Shown piece after piece: positions 29,492-40,312 of a stretch of DNA of 64,000 nt. Position 1 is the stretch's first letter, and each line of letters begins with the position of its first letter. Source of the stretch: Clostridiaceae bacterium (GTDB lineage: Bacteria > Bacillota > Clostridia > Saccharofermentanales > UBA5734); the NCBI GenBank assembly GCA_034927345.1, contig JAYFQE010000023.1, positions 80,393 to 144,392 on the forward strand, written 5' to 3'. The translations under genes and the position numbers were made by a program. The notes below the pieces were generated by a model that saw only the letters and a program-made list of their open reading frames with translations, was not told the DNA's origin and did not search any database.

Positions 29492-30487
29492 TTATTCGAT
29501 AAATTCGCGTAAAATCGATTGTTCAGGCACGATTCCGGTGTCCGCAACCGGGATCCGCCGGCAGGCTTTAAGCAAGTCGCGCGCTTCCTCCACGGCAGAT
29601 GGCAGATCAGCATAACCTTGCTGATTGTTTCGATAGATGGATCCAGGCAGCCACCCTAATTCATATTGTTCAAGAGAAGCCCGGATCTGAGCGGCCGCCA
29701 GCGGCGCCACAACGCAAAATTCATAGGGCAGGCACGAATTGACATATTCGTCGGCTCTGGCCAGATAAGGCGGAAAGAACTGCTGTTCCGTCTGGTCGAT
29801 CATAGGCCAGTAATCCAGGGTCGATAAGGCAGTCGAGCCCCGGTGCAGCACATCGCGGGAGATCCGCCTGAGGATGCGGAGATCCCGGCTTCCCAGGAGC
29901 TGGCGGCCATCCAGCAAAGTGCACCACGGCATGATAAAGATACCCAGAATCTGCCGGCGCGGTAAATGTCCGGCCACTAAGCCGGACAAACCATGCAAAC
30001 CTTCGACCAGGATTAAATCGCCGTCATCCAGGACAATTTTCTTTTCCGGCAGGACAATCTGACGTCTCTGGACAAAATCGAAGGTCGGCAGCTGCACAGT
30101 CCGGCCGGCCAGCAGCGCGGCAAAATCAGACACCATATGATCCGTTTCCAGGGTGTCGATACTTTCGTAATCCGGCCGGCCTTGCGAATCGAATAGAATA
30201 TCGCCGGTTTTATAATAATCATCCAGAGAAATCAAGCGGGTCCTCCGGCCGGCCGAATAAAGCGCTTGTGCCAGACGGTCGGCAAAAGTCGTTTTCCCGG
30301 ACGCGGTCGGTCCGGAAACAAAAACAGCCCGAATCTCCGGCTCAGCGGCTATGCGGCCGGCAATCCGGCCGATCCGGTCCTGGAAAACCTGTTCGCAGGC
30401 GCGGGCATAAAGAGGCCACTTTTGCACCCCTAACTGGTCTTCCAGTTCGCCGATGCTGACGCGTATCATTTTTGTCAATTCTGCCAT
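29492..30487 (-). CDS. P-loop nucleoside/uridine kinase-like protein (PRK/Udk superfamily)
   Basis: Walker A GPTASGKTT; 331 aa from MAELTKMIRV, longer than canonical Udk. Confidence 0.55.
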   Translation of the reverse strand: MAELTKMIRVSIGELEDQLGVQKWPLYARACEQVFQDRIGRIAGRIAAEPEIRAVFVSGPTASGKTTFADRLAQALYSAGRRTRLISLDDYYKTGDILFDSQGRPDYESIDTLETDHMVSDFAALLAGRTVQLPTFDFVQRRQIVLPEKKIVLDDGDLILVEGLHGLSGLVAGHLPRRQILGIFIMPWCTLLDGRQLLGSRDLRILRRISRDVLHRGSTALSTLDYWPMIDQTEQQFFPPYLARADEYVNSCLPYEFCVVAPLAAAQIRASLEQYELGWLPGSIYRNNQQGYADLPSAVEEARDLLKACRRIPVADTGIVPEQSILREFIE

Positions 30488-30602
30488 AATGATCCTTCTT
30501 TCGTGCAAAGCTATTTTACCAGATCGGGCGGATAGGAACAAACCGCTTGCCGCTTGTCTGCCAAGACTGATATGATGAAAGAAAAACAGAAAGGATAAGT
30601 CT

Positions 30603-31250
30603 ATGCTTACGTTATCTGTTCTTCCCTTGTCTGCTTCCCAAATTGATTCACAAACCGGTTTACCCCTGGAGACCGTATGGCCGGCCTGGACAGCCGCGCC
30701 GATCGATCACTATCTTTGGCCGGAAAACGATTATCGCCCCAGGGCCTGGGCCCGGCTTGGCTATGATGATCAGGCGCTTTACCTGCGATTGGCCGTTGAA
30801 GAAGACGAACCGCGGATTACATATTATAATCATCAGGATCCGGTTTATCTGGACAGTTGTCTGGAATTCTTCGTTGAACCGCATCCTGAGGAGTCGACAC
30901 TTTTCTTCAATTTTGAATTTAATGCCGCCGGCGCTTTACTCTCCGCATACGGTTTAAATCGCGATGAGCGGACTTCCCTCACCCCGGCGGAGCTGGACAG
31001 TCTGATCATTCAGGCCGGCCGCCGCTCGGAACCCCGGCCGGTCTGGCAAATTACCTGCCGCATTCCCCGCTCGCTTCTGGAAAGTCACAGCGGCCCGCTG
31101 GACTGGCGTCCCGGCCTGGCCATGGGCGCCAATTTCTATAAATGCGGCGATCAGACCCCCCAGCCGCATTATGGCTGCTGGAATCTGATCACCTCAGCCG
31201 AAGCTGATTTCCATCGGCCGCAGGATTTCGGCCGCATTATCCTGGCTTGA
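30603..31250 (+). CDS. carbohydrate-binding family 9-like (CBM9/DOMON-like) domain protein, no signal peptide
   Basis: 215 aa; WARLGYDDQALYLRLAVEEDEP... pattern of CBM9-like domains; assignment from memory only. Confidence 0.45.
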   Translation: MLTLSVLPLSASQIDSQTGLPLETVWPAWTAAPIDHYLWPENDYRPRAWARLGYDDQALYLRLAVEEDEPRITYYNHQDPVYLDSCLEFFVEPHPEESTLFFNFEFNAAGALLSAYGLNRDERTSLTPAELDSLIIQAGRRSEPRPVWQITCRIPRSLLESHSGPLDWRPGLAMGANFYKCGDQTPQPHYGCWNLITSAEADFHRPQDFGRIILA

Positions 31251-31300
31251 TTTTTGCCGGCGCGCCGGATCATTTCTGAGCGGCGCGCCGGCATGATTTT
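31251..31300. terminator. bidirectional intrinsic terminator between convergent genes
   Basis: TTTTT-GCCGGCGCGCCG-gatcatttctgag-CGGCGCGCCGGC-atgATTTTATT; 12-bp perfect GC stem, U-tracts both sides. Confidence 0.7.
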
Positions 31301-32711
31301 ATTGGGCGGATTTTTGTGCTTCCGGTTGAATTTCAGCGTCAGCTTTCCGTTCCTGGCCCAGATAACCCGGCAAGTCCATGCCCGCCATCTTGAACATTTC
31401 ATTCATCGGCGGGATCGACTTTAAAAGTCCTGAGAGAAAGTTGGCAGTTGCCGGCGTTTTGCCGTCGCCTGCGGCGCTGTCCCAGACCGTCACCTTATCG
31501 ATCTTGATATTTTTGATCGCGTCGACCTGAATGCGGAGCAGATCCTCCATCTTGTCGGCCAAAAGCAGACGCAGCGCATCGTTGGCGTCACCGCCTGCTG
31601 ATTGGACTACCTGGCCCAAACCGATAGCCTGTTTAGTCAGAACTTCTTGAATGCCGCGGGCTTCAGCTTCCATCTTCATATATATGGCGTCGGCGTCGCC
31701 TCTGGCTTGCCGTCTGATGCGTTCAGCCTCTGCTTCAGCTTGAATCTCGATCTGCCGTTTGTCGATCTCGGCTTTGACCAGAACATCGGCTTCCTGAGTC
31801 GCTTTCTCCCGTTCGGCACGAACGCTCTCCGCTTTTTCTTCAGCCGAATAAGCTTCTTCCAAAGCCTTGGCCGCTTGCGTTTTTTCTGCTGCCGTAGCCC
31901 GGCGCAGCGCGTCGGCTTCTTTCTCGCGGCGGGTCGCGTTGGACGCGGCGATGGCGGCTTTAGCTTCGTTTTCGCCCTGGATGGCGGTCGAATCGGCGGC
32001 GGCGACCTGGATACGTTGGTCCCGGCGTGCGTTGGCCTCGCCGATCGAACCGTCGCGGTCTTTTTCAGCAACGGACTTTTTGGCATCGTTGATCGCTTTG
32101 GCGGCGGCTTCTTTACCGAGTGCTTCGATATAGCCCGATTCATCATTAATATCCGTTACGTTAACATTGATCAGGCGTAAACCGATTTTCTTCAATTCTG
32201 TTTCGACGTTTCGGGAGACCGCTTCCAGGAATTTATCACGGTCGGTGTTGATTTCCTCGATATCCATGGTCGCAATAATCAGACGCAGCTGACCGAAAAT
32301 AATATCTTTAGCCAATTCCTGGATTTCCGGCAGCTTCAGTCCCAATATCCGCTCGGCGGCATTTTGCATCACGCCTGGTTCTATGGAAATGCCGACGGTA
32401 AAACGCGACGGCACGTCGATCCGGATATTTTGCCGGGAAAGAGCGTTCTTCAAATCAACGCTGATCGAAATCGGTGTCAGATCCAGATATTCGAAGGATT
32501 GAATTACCGGCCAGATAAAGGAGGCGCCGCCGTGTATGCAGCGAGCGGAACGATTGGTGCCGTCTTTGTTGTTGCCTACTTTACCATAGATAACCATAAT
32601 TTTATCGGAAGGACATTTTCGATAACGGGACAACAAAACCAGTAGGGTTGTGAAGAGAACCACAAAGATAATGACAATAGCAATAATGACTGATGGAGGC
32701 ATGTTTTTCAC
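31299..32711 (-). CDS. flotillin-like SPFH/band-7 protein (FloT-like)
   Basis: 470 aa; N-terminal TM, SPFH domain, long EA-rich coiled coil (AEAEAERIRRQARGDADA...). Confidence 0.85.
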   Translation of the reverse strand: MKNMPPSVIIAIVIIFVVLFTTLLVLLSRYRKCPSDKIMVIYGKVGNNKDGTNRSARCIHGGASFIWPVIQSFEYLDLTPISISVDLKNALSRQNIRIDVPSRFTVGISIEPGVMQNAAERILGLKLPEIQELAKDIIFGQLRLIIATMDIEEINTDRDKFLEAVSRNVETELKKIGLRLINVNVTDINDESGYIEALGKEAAAKAINDAKKSVAEKDRDGSIGEANARRDQRIQVAAADSTAIQGENEAKAAIAASNATRREKEADALRRATAAEKTQAAKALEEAYSAEEKAESVRAEREKATQEADVLVKAEIDKRQIEIQAEAEAERIRRQARGDADAIYMKMEAEARGIQEVLTKQAIGLGQVVQSAGGDANDALRLLLADKMEDLLRIQVDAIKNIKIDKVTVWDSAAGDGKTPATANFLSGLLKSIPPMNEMFKMAGMDLPGYLGQERKADAEIQPEAQKSAQ

Positions 32712-32765
32712 CTATACCTTTCATTTTTCGATTGATTTTTATGAGGTGCTCCGGTCAGAGCGGCC

Positions 32766-33416
32766 TTATTGACCGAGCGGCTGGACGATCAGCAGATCGC
32801 CCCGGACGCCAATGACTTTGATTTGCCGGCCGGTGGCGATGCCCTCAGGATTCTCGGTCAGCGCATCCAGTTCGACAGATTGTTCCTGCAGGATCAGGGT
32901 TACCTTGCCGGTTCCTTTAAAAGCTCCGGGAATATGCAGGTAAACGACTCCGGTACAGCCAACGGCATTGCGAATATCCTGGTTGCCGCTGCTTTGGAGT
33001 TTCAGCATCAGCCGCAGGAGCCATGCTACAGCGATCAGGGCCAGCAAGCCGGCCAGCATAGCCAGAAAAGCCGCCGGTACAGGCGTTATCTGCAAGTCGA
33101 TCAAGGCAATGCCCACCCAACCGCCGACTGCAAAGAAAGCGACCAGACCGCGTACGGTAAACAGGCGCAGGCCGGGATCATGGACGGTTATGGCGTCCGG
33201 GTGATCTTGCAGTTCATGGCCGGTTATGGCATCCGGGTGATCTTGCAGTTCATGAACGTCGCCCAGATGAGCATCACCGGCATAATCGCCGTCATGGTGA
33301 CCGCCCAGACCAAACAGTAAAAGAAGCGTTTGAATGATCAAAATTACTGTAGCCGGTACAGCAAACAAAGCGAAAATCTGTTGTGTCAGATTAAGGCTGT
33401 TCCACCAGGCTGTCAT
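32766..33416 (-). CDS. NfeD-family membrane protein (flotillin partner)
   Basis: 216 aa; N-terminal TM helices, C-terminal OB-fold region (TGKVTLILQEQSVELDAL...KVIGVRGDLLIVQP); immediately upstream of flotillin. Confidence 0.7.
   Translation of the reverse strand: MTAWWNSLNLTQQIFALFAVPATVILIIQTLLLLFGLGGHHDGDYAGDAHLGDVHELQDHPDAITGHELQDHPDAITVHDPGLRLFTVRGLVAFFAVGGWVGIALIDLQITPVPAAFLAMLAGLLALIAVAWLLRLMLKLQSSGNQDIRNAVGCTGVVYLHIPGAFKGTGKVTLILQEQSVELDALTENPEGIATGRQIKVIGVRGDLLIVQPLGQ
33186..33257. repeat. 36-bp tandem duplication (2 copies) inside nfeD coding region
   Basis: ggttatggcgtccgggtgatcttgcagttcatggcc / ggttatggcatccgggtgatcttgcagttcatgaac; encodes duplicated His/Asp-rich peptide HELQDHPDAIT. 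Confidence 0.8.
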
Positions 33417-33428
33417 AAAAGATTCCTC

Positions 33429-33995
33429 CTAGCTTTTTATGTCGTTCAGCAGGTTCTCGGCTTGCCGCTGAAGCTGCCACGAACCATAGGCCAGAACCAT
33501 CACCAGCAAAACACGGTCCAGACGTTCCATGTCGGCTGCCGAAGCGACGGCAAAGCCGGCTGTAACGGCGGATATGCGCCGTTTAAGATCCGGCAAGTCG
33601 AAATAGCCGCCAGGCGGCAAGGGCAGAACGACATCACAGAAATACAGGTACAATTTGCTGTCATCAATCAAATCATCCTGCTCATCGGCCAGATCGTTGT
33701 TGATTGAACTGAGCAGCGTCGTGATATCCTCCAGCGGCAGCGTGTGGCGCAGCAGGGCGATGAGAATGATGCGGCAAGTCTGGCGGCAAGTGTAGCGCTT
33801 ATTAACCGGATTGGCGACAAAACCGCGTTTGACCCAGTTTTGCAGTGTTGCTCCCGGCACGCCGACCATATCTGCCAGTTGAGATAGATAAATCCCGCCC
33901 ATAATGGCAAATGCGGTATCAAATACTCGCCGATAATCTTGTCCACCCTGCAAGTCCATCTGGATATTCGTCCCAGGCAGGCAATTATTAACCAA
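33429..33995 (-). CDS. MerR-like HTH domain protein (DUF1836-like), first gene of flotillin operon
   Basis: N-terminal HTH IYLSQLADMVGVPGATLQNWVKRGFV; start likely TTG 33995 (AAGGAGG 8 nt upstream); family name from memory. Confidence 0.5.
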   Translation of the reverse strand: MVNNCLPGTNIQMDLQGGQDYRRVFDTAFAIMGGIYLSQLADMVGVPGATLQNWVKRGFVANPVNKRYTCRQTCRIILIALLRHTLPLEDITTLLSSINNDLADEQDDLIDDSKLYLYFCDVVLPLPPGGYFDLPDLKRRISAVTAGFAVASAADMERLDRVLLVMVLAYGSWQLQRQAENLLNDIKS

Positions 33996-34280
33996 GTTGA
34001 ACACCTCCTTTCGAATGATTGCGAGTGTATCACGGGTTCATGTGAACTTCAATAGTATTCCAATGAACTTTACATATTTGTAATATAACCTTCTGTGAGG
34101 TTCTTTTGAAATATCCTGTAATTTGATGACCGATCGTGGGTTTCGTCTTGACAGTCGCAGTCTTTCTTGTCACAATACACTTTAGCATAATGCCGTGATA
34201 TCAATGTAGAGTGACCAGCTGTAACGCTGCATCACCGCCGGAAAGCGGTCACGGTGATGAGAAGAAAACGAGGGATTGAT

Positions 34281-35117
34281 ATGAAGAAGTTTTGGTTACT
34301 GGTCTTATGTTTGATCTTGACTACACTGTCGCTGCTACCTTTATCAGCTTGTGCTCAATCGCAGGGAAGCAATCAATTGAAAGTCGGCCTGGAATGCAAC
34401 TATACGCCGTTCAACTGGACACAGACTGACGACAGCAACGGCGCCGTGCCTATCAGCGGCAGCACCGGCGAATATGCCGGCGGTTATGATATTGAAATCG
34501 CCAAGAAAATTGCCGCCGGACTGGGAAAAGAGCTTGTTATTGTCAAGACGGAATGGACCGGCTTGATTCCTGCCGTTACCTCCGGCAAGATCGATCTGGT
34601 TATCGCCGGCATGTCGCCGACAGCCGAACGCCGGGAAAGCGTTGATTTTTCCGATTACTATTATCTTTCCGATCTGGTCGTGGTTGTCCGCAAAGACAGC
34701 GCTTATGCTGCAGCCACAAAGCCGGGCGATTTTTCCGGCGCTAAACTGACCGCTCAGCAAAACACCTTCCATTATACTGTTCTGGACCAGATTACCGGTC
34801 TTAACAAACAGGCGGCCATGAAGGATTTTCCTTCAATGATTGTTGCTGTCAATACCAAAAAAATCGACGGTTATATTTCTGAAAAACCGGGCGCGATTTC
34901 CGCCGTGGCCGCCAATCCTGATCTGACCTATGTTTCTTTTGCCGAAGGTCAGGGTTTTACTTACACCAATGACGATGTTTCCATCGCCGTGGCCGCTAAA
35001 AAAGGCAGTACCGAGCTGATCGGAAAGATCAATACCATTCTCTCCGGCATCAGTCAGGATGAACGCAATCAATGGATGGACGAAGCCGTCAAAAACCAGC
35101 CGATCAGTGCTGAATAA
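34281..35117 (+). CDS. polar amino acid ABC transporter substrate-binding lipoprotein
   Basis: MKKFWLLVLCLILTTLSLLPLSACAQ lipobox; SBP_bac_3-type fold. Confidence 0.85.
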   Translation: MKKFWLLVLCLILTTLSLLPLSACAQSQGSNQLKVGLECNYTPFNWTQTDDSNGAVPISGSTGEYAGGYDIEIAKKIAAGLGKELVIVKTEWTGLIPAVTSGKIDLVIAGMSPTAERRESVDFSDYYYLSDLVVVVRKDSAYAAATKPGDFSGAKLTAQQNTFHYTVLDQITGLNKQAAMKDFPSMIVAVNTKKIDGYISEKPGAISAVAANPDLTYVSFAEGQGFTYTNDDVSIAVAAKKGSTELIGKINTILSGISQDERNQWMDEAVKNQPISAE

Positions 35118-35136
35118 ATAAGAGGCAGGTTTACCG

Positions 35137-35967
35137 ATGATCATGTTGACGGGCCTTACCGCACTGCCAACCAGTTTTGGCGGCTGGATCGGCTTTATCA
35201 TTGCCAAATACGGCAACTTGTTCTTAATCGGTGCCGGGAATACCTTGCTCATCGCATTGACGGGCACTTTAGCCGGATTTATTATCGGGCTGGGCGTTGC
35301 CATTATCCGGACGATCCCGTTAAAACGCGAGGGATTTACCGTCCGTAAAATTTTATTGAAAATTGTTCAGTTCCTGTTGGTCGCTTATATCGAAATTTTC
35401 CGCGGTACCCCGATGATCGTTCAGGCTATGGTCATTTATTATGGCTCCATGTCGTTATTGGGGATCGACCTTGCCCCGATCACAGCCGGTATTCTCATCG
35501 TTTCGGTCAATACCGGCGCCTACATGTCGGAAATCATCCGCGGCGGCATCGAGTCGATAGACCGCGGACAGGCCGAGGCGGCCCAGTCAATCGGCATGAA
35601 CCACTGGCAGACCATGACTCAGGTCATTCTGCCGCAGGCCGTGCGCAATATTCTGCCGGCAACCGGCAATGAATTCATCGTCAACATCAAGGACACTTCG
35701 GTTTTGAATGTTATCGCCGTCACCGAATTGTATTATCTGAGCAATTCGGCGGCCGGCACGTATTTCAAATTTTTCGAAGTCTTTACGGTAGCCAGCGTCA
35801 TCTACTTTATTATGACCTTCTCTGTAACCCGCGTGCTGAGGTTTATAGAACGGAAACTGGACGGACCGGCCAACTATACGATTATCGGTTCTCAGACCAC
35901 CCCGATGGCCATTATTCGGGTCCGCCACGGTGAAAGCCTGAATAACAGCACGAAAGGCAGGTCTTGA
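35137..35967 (+). CDS. polar amino acid ABC transporter permease
   Basis: 276 aa; His/Glu/Gln/Arg/opine permease family EAA loop region; ~35-aa C-terminal extension. Confidence 0.85.
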   Translation: MIMLTGLTALPTSFGGWIGFIIAKYGNLFLIGAGNTLLIALTGTLAGFIIGLGVAIIRTIPLKREGFTVRKILLKIVQFLLVAYIEIFRGTPMIVQAMVIYYGSMSLLGIDLAPITAGILIVSVNTGAYMSEIIRGGIESIDRGQAEAAQSIGMNHWQTMTQVILPQAVRNILPATGNEFIVNIKDTSVLNVIAVTELYYLSNSAAGTYFKFFEVFTVASVIYFIMTFSVTRVLRFIERKLDGPANYTIIGSQTTPMAIIRVRHGESLNNSTKGRS

Positions 35968-35969
35968 TT

Positions 35970-36710
35970 ATGGCTGAACCGATTATTGAAGTCCGTCATC
36001 TGGAAAAGCGTTTTGGTCAGAATGAAGTCTTGCGCGATATCGATTTCATTGTACGGCCCGGCGAAGTTGTTTCGATCATCGGTTCCTCCGGTTCCGGCAA
36101 ATCGACGCTGCTGCGCTGTATCAATCTGCTGGAAACCCCTTCCGGCGGCGAGATTCTCTATCATGGCCGCAATATTTTGCTGGAACAAAAACATCTTTCG
36201 GCATATCGGGCGAAAGTCGGCATGGTCTTTCAGCAATTCAACTTGTTCAACAACATGACGGTCCTCGGCAATTGTCTGTCCGGTCAGATGCGTGTTTTAA
36301 AGAAGCCGCGCGCCGCGGCCGAACAGACTGCGCTGAGTTTTCTGGAGAAGGTCGGCATGTCGCAATATTTGCAGGCCAGGCCGCATCAGCTATCCGGCGG
36401 CCAGAAACAGCGCGTCGCTATCGCCCGGGCCTTGTCGATGGAGCCGGAGGTTTTGTTGTTCGACGAACCGACATCCGCCCTGGATCCGGAAATGGTCGGC
36501 GAAGTCTTGAAGGTTATGCGGGATTTGGCGCACAGCGGCTTGACCATGCTGGTTGTCACGCATGAAATGCAATTTGCCCGCGAAGTGTCCAACCGGGTCG
36601 CTTTTATGGATAACGGCATTATTCTTGAAGAAGATGTGCCTGAAGTCATTTTCAATCAGCCAAAACAGGAGCGGACACGCGCCTTCCTGAACCGTATTCT
36701 GCAGCAGTAA
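35970..36710 (+). CDS. polar amino acid ABC transporter ATP-binding protein
   Basis: Walker [24 protein letters not shown], Walker [12 protein letters not shown]. Confidence 0.9.
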   Translation: MAEPIIEVRHLEKRFGQNEVLRDIDFIVRPGEVVSIIGSSGSGKSTLLRCINLLETPSGGEILYHGRNILLEQKHLSAYRAKVGMVFQQFNLFNNMTVLGNCLSGQMRVLKKPRAAAEQTALSFLEKVGMSQYLQARPHQLSGGQKQRVAIARALSMEPEVLLFDEPTSALDPEMVGEVLKVMRDLAHSGLTMLVVTHEMQFAREVSNRVAFMDNGIILEEDVPEVIFNQPKQERTRAFLNRILQQ

Positions 36711-36760
36711 CCCGGATTGCGGCGGTTTGGCGTTCCTGCACGACGCCGCGCTGAATCCAT

Positions 36761-37990
36761 TTATTCCGTAATTTCCTGACTTTCATCATCAGTCGAGGTT
36801 TGCCTGCCAAAAAGCAAACCCCGGCTGATTTTTTTCGATCCGAATTTGCGTTTCAGCTGATCGACCGTCTGTTCGAGCAAAAGCTGTCGCGCGCGTTCTT
36901 GATCCGTTTTTTGCCAGTCATCCAGACTGACCTGGCGATTCTCTTCTTCCTGGACAAAATCGGTCGCGCGCACACCCAGATTGCGTACAGGGCGATGCCA
37001 GGAGTAATGCTTCTGGAAGAGGGCCATCGCAGCCGGCGCCAGATCGGCCGCCAGATCCGTAGGCGGATTGAGGCGTGTTTGACGGTCGATATTGACAAAA
37101 GCGCTGTCGCGTATGGTGATCTGCAAGGTCCTCGCCTTCATGCCGGCGGCGCGCACCCTTGCGGCAACCTGATCGCTGAGCTGATATAATACGGCTTTAA
37201 CCTGTTCGGCATTGGACAGATCCTGAGCGGTGGTTGTACTGTTGCCGATCGATTTGATCGGATGTGGCGTGGCATATTGTTCAACCGTGGCGTCACTTAA
37301 TCCGCTGGCTTCTCTCCAGAGTTCGCCGCCGCTGCGGCCAAGCCATTGCCGGAGCATTTTTTCATCGCAGGCTGCCAGATCGCCGATCGTCCGGATGCCT
37401 ATACGGTTAAGCTGCCCGGCGGTCGTCGCGCCGACATAAAGGAGCTGCGATACCGGCAGCGGCCACACGAGCTGCCGATAATTGTCACGGGAGATAACGG
37501 TCGTTGCGTCCGGCTTGTGCAGATCGCTGCCCAATTTGGCAAATGCTTTTGTGAAGCTGACGCCAACCGAACAAGTCAGCCCCAATTCCTCGCGGGTCCA
37601 GCGGCGCAGCTGGTCAGCCATAGTCTTGCCGTCTCCGAACAGGCTGGTCGATCCTGTTACATCAAGCCAGGCCTCATCCAGGCCAAAGGGTTCGACCCGA
37701 TCGGTCAGGCGGCAGAAAATAACCCGGGCTTGTTTCGAATAGAATTGATATTTCCGGAGATCCGGGGTTATCAGGTGCAAAGCCGGACATTTCTTTTTAG
37801 CCTGCCAAATGGTTTCGGCTGTTTGAATTCCAAAGGCTTTGGCTTTTTCATTTTTAGCCAGGATTATACCGTGGCGCTGTTCAGCGTCGCCGGCGACAGC
37901 CATAGGCACATCGCGCAGCTCAGGATGGGTAAGCAGCTCGACGCTGGCGAAAAAGCCATTCAAATCGGCATGCAGAATAATCGGTTCCAA
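36761..37990 (-). CDS. dinB: Y-family DNA polymerase (Pol IV/DinB-like)
   Basis: 409 aa; N-terminal ILHADLNGFFASVE palm motif, little-finger domain. Confidence 0.85.
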   Translation of the reverse strand: MEPIILHADLNGFFASVELLTHPELRDVPMAVAGDAEQRHGIILAKNEKAKAFGIQTAETIWQAKKKCPALHLITPDLRKYQFYSKQARVIFCRLTDRVEPFGLDEAWLDVTGSTSLFGDGKTMADQLRRWTREELGLTCSVGVSFTKAFAKLGSDLHKPDATTVISRDNYRQLVWPLPVSQLLYVGATTAGQLNRIGIRTIGDLAACDEKMLRQWLGRSGGELWREASGLSDATVEQYATPHPIKSIGNSTTTAQDLSNAEQVKAVLYQLSDQVAARVRAAGMKARTLQITIRDSAFVNIDRQTRLNPPTDLAADLAPAAMALFQKHYSWHRPVRNLGVRATDFVQEEENRQVSLDDWQKTDQERARQLLLEQTVDQLKRKFGSKKISRGLLFGRQTSTDDESQEITE

Positions 37991-38181
37991 ACGCTCACAT
38001 CCTATCCGTAAGTCCTGCTTGATTGTGATATAATTAACATATCTTTTCCATAACCATTGTCACGTCTTCAACGACTGCGGAGTATGGAAATGCCGGATAT
38101 GTTATTATACCTCTTTCCCCGCCTTTAAGCTTGTTTCATCAGGATACGGATCATCACAAGACTGCAGGAGGAACCAAAAGA

Positions 38182-38925
38182 ATGACAAAAATATGGGCAC
38201 ATCGGGGCGCCAGTTCGACGGCGCCGGAAAATACGCTGGCAGCCTTCGATTTGGCGATCCGGCAAGGAGCCGACGGAATTGAACTGGATGTTCACCAGAG
38301 CGCCGACAACAGACTGGTCGTTACGCATGATGAATCCTGTCGGCGGGCAACCGGCGAGGAAGGCCAGATCAGCCATATGACCCTGGCCGAACTGCGTCGT
38401 CTCGATTTCGGCTATATCCGGCCCGGTTTTGGTTTTCAGCCCATTCCGACCCTGGCCGAGGTTTTTGATTTGATCCGCCCGTCCGGCCTGGTGATCAATA
38501 TTGAATTAAAAAACGGCGTCAACCCCTATCCCGGCATGGAGAAACAGATTCTCGACCTGGCGGCCGACCAGCATATGGCCGAACGGATCTGCTTTTCATC
38601 TTTCAACCACTACAGCATGGTTCTGGCCAGCCGGCTGATTGCCGAACGAAAACTCGGCATTCCGTGCGGCCTGCTTTACAGCTGCGGACTTGTTGAACCC
38701 TGGGTTTATGCCGCCCGCATCGGCGTCAATGCCCTCCATCCGCTTTACGCCAATCTCCAGATCCCCGGGTATGTGCAGGCCTCGCATGAAGCGGGTCTTG
38801 CCGTTAATGCCTGGACTATCGACCAGCCCGAGCATATCCGTCTGGCCATCGCCCTGGGCATCGACGCCGTCATAACCAATGTGCCGGACACAGCGCTGGG
38901 AATCAGAAACCAGAAGACGCTATAA
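38182..38925 (+). CDS. glycerophosphodiester phosphodiesterase
   Basis: MTKIWAHRGASSTAPENTLAAFDLAIRQGADGIELDVHQSADNRLVVTHD GDPD motifs. Confidence 0.85.
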   Translation: MTKIWAHRGASSTAPENTLAAFDLAIRQGADGIELDVHQSADNRLVVTHDESCRRATGEEGQISHMTLAELRRLDFGYIRPGFGFQPIPTLAEVFDLIRPSGLVINIELKNGVNPYPGMEKQILDLAADQHMAERICFSSFNHYSMVLASRLIAERKLGIPCGLLYSCGLVEPWVYAARIGVNALHPLYANLQIPGYVQASHEAGLAVNAWTIDQPEHIRLAIALGIDAVITNVPDTALGIRNQKTL

Positions 38926-38959
38926 ACGCCGTTTACTTGATACGCGGGGAGGATCACTC

Positions 38960-40246
38960 ATGCAGCGTTTGAACTACCGGAAAACATTTTTAATCGGTTT
39001 TGGTTTTTTTGCCAGTTCATTAGCCTGGAGCATTTACAATGCCTTTGTCCCGGTTTTGCTCAAAGAACGCTATCTGGAGGATGCGACGATCATCGGCTTC
39101 ATCATGACGATCGATAATGTTTTCGGCGTCATTTTCCAACCCTTGATCGGACAGCTCAGCGATCGGACACAAACCCGCATCGGTAAACGCATGCCTTATA
39201 TTCTGGCGGGCATTCCCCTTTGCGCCGTTGCTTTTTTCTTTATTCCGCGAACAAATACCTTGTTGTCGATGATGGCGGTTATCATTCTTTTCAATCTGAT
39301 CATGTCTATCTGGCGTTCCCCGGTTGTCGCCCTGATGCCGGACTTGACTCCGCCGTCTCAACGCAGCAAAGCCAACGGCATCATTAACCTGATGGGCGGC
39401 GTCGGCGGCGTCATTGCCTTTCTGGCCGGCGGCCTGCTCGCCAAAGCCGGCGGAAACAACATGCCGTTTCTGATGGGTTCGATCATCATGCTGTTCGCGT
39501 TGATCATCATCTTTTTCTTCGTTAAGGAACCGGACAGCCGTAAACTGGCCCGTCAGATGGAGTCCCGCGAGGCGGGACTGGAACAGGCAAAAACTGCAGT
39601 CAGGGCCGAACCGCCGGCCGAGAAGCCGGCACGGTTGCCCAAGCCGCAAAAACGCAGTTTGATTGCTTTACTGCTGGCTATCTTCTTCTGGTTTTGCGGG
39701 TACAACGCTGTTGAATCTTTTTTCACCCTTTATGCAACCCAGGAATTAGGCGTTGTCTTAGGCGACGCATCCATGATGCTTACGCTATTTTCACTCACGC
39801 TGGTAGCTTTTGCTTTGCCGGCTGGTATTCTGGCCGGACGTTTCAGCCGCAAAAAAATGATACTGGCCGGCCTGGCCGGCATGATCCTGACTTTTCTGCC
39901 GATGTTGTTCATTGAAAACCTGTGGGTACTCAGAATCCTGCTTTTGCTCGGCGGCGCCTTCTGGGCCTGCATCAATATCAATTCCTTGCCAATGGTTGTC
40001 GAACTGGCCAGCAAGGAACGGATCGGCAGTTTCACCGGTTATTATTATTTCTTCTCTTTCAGCGCCGCAATAGTCAGCCCGCCTTTATTTGGCTTAATCT
40101 GCGATCTGACCAAGAGTTACGCCAATCTCTTCATTTACTCGGTTATTGCTTTTGTTCTGGCTATGATCTGCATGGTTAATGTCCACCATGGCGAAGCGGA
40201 TCCCAATGCCGCGGCCCCGGATAATGTTCAACCCATTACTGAATAA
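38960..40246 (+). CDS. MFS transporter
   Basis: MQRLNYRKTFLIGFGFF...; MFS signature GQLSDRTQTRIGKR; 12 TM. Confidence 0.8.
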   Translation: MQRLNYRKTFLIGFGFFASSLAWSIYNAFVPVLLKERYLEDATIIGFIMTIDNVFGVIFQPLIGQLSDRTQTRIGKRMPYILAGIPLCAVAFFFIPRTNTLLSMMAVIILFNLIMSIWRSPVVALMPDLTPPSQRSKANGIINLMGGVGGVIAFLAGGLLAKAGGNNMPFLMGSIIMLFALIIIFFFVKEPDSRKLARQMESREAGLEQAKTAVRAEPPAEKPARLPKPQKRSLIALLLAIFFWFCGYNAVESFFTLYATQELGVVLGDASMMLTLFSLTLVAFALPAGILAGRFSRKKMILAGLAGMILTFLPMLFIENLWVLRILLLLGGAFWACININSLPMVVELASKERIGSFTGYYYFFSFSAAIVSPPLFGLICDLTKSYANLFIYSVIAFVLAMICMVNVHHGEADPNAAAPDNVQPITE

Positions 40247-40312
40247 CAGCGTTTGATAAACAAATCGGCCGTATTCCGGCCGGACCGGCCGGCAGAAATG
40301 AGGAGGCATCTT

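Noticed and set aside
31676-32146. 156-aa Lys/Arg/Pro-rich ORF overlapping flotillin in another frame
   Set aside because: It is a frame artefact of the GCN-rich, EA-repeat coding sequence of flotillin.
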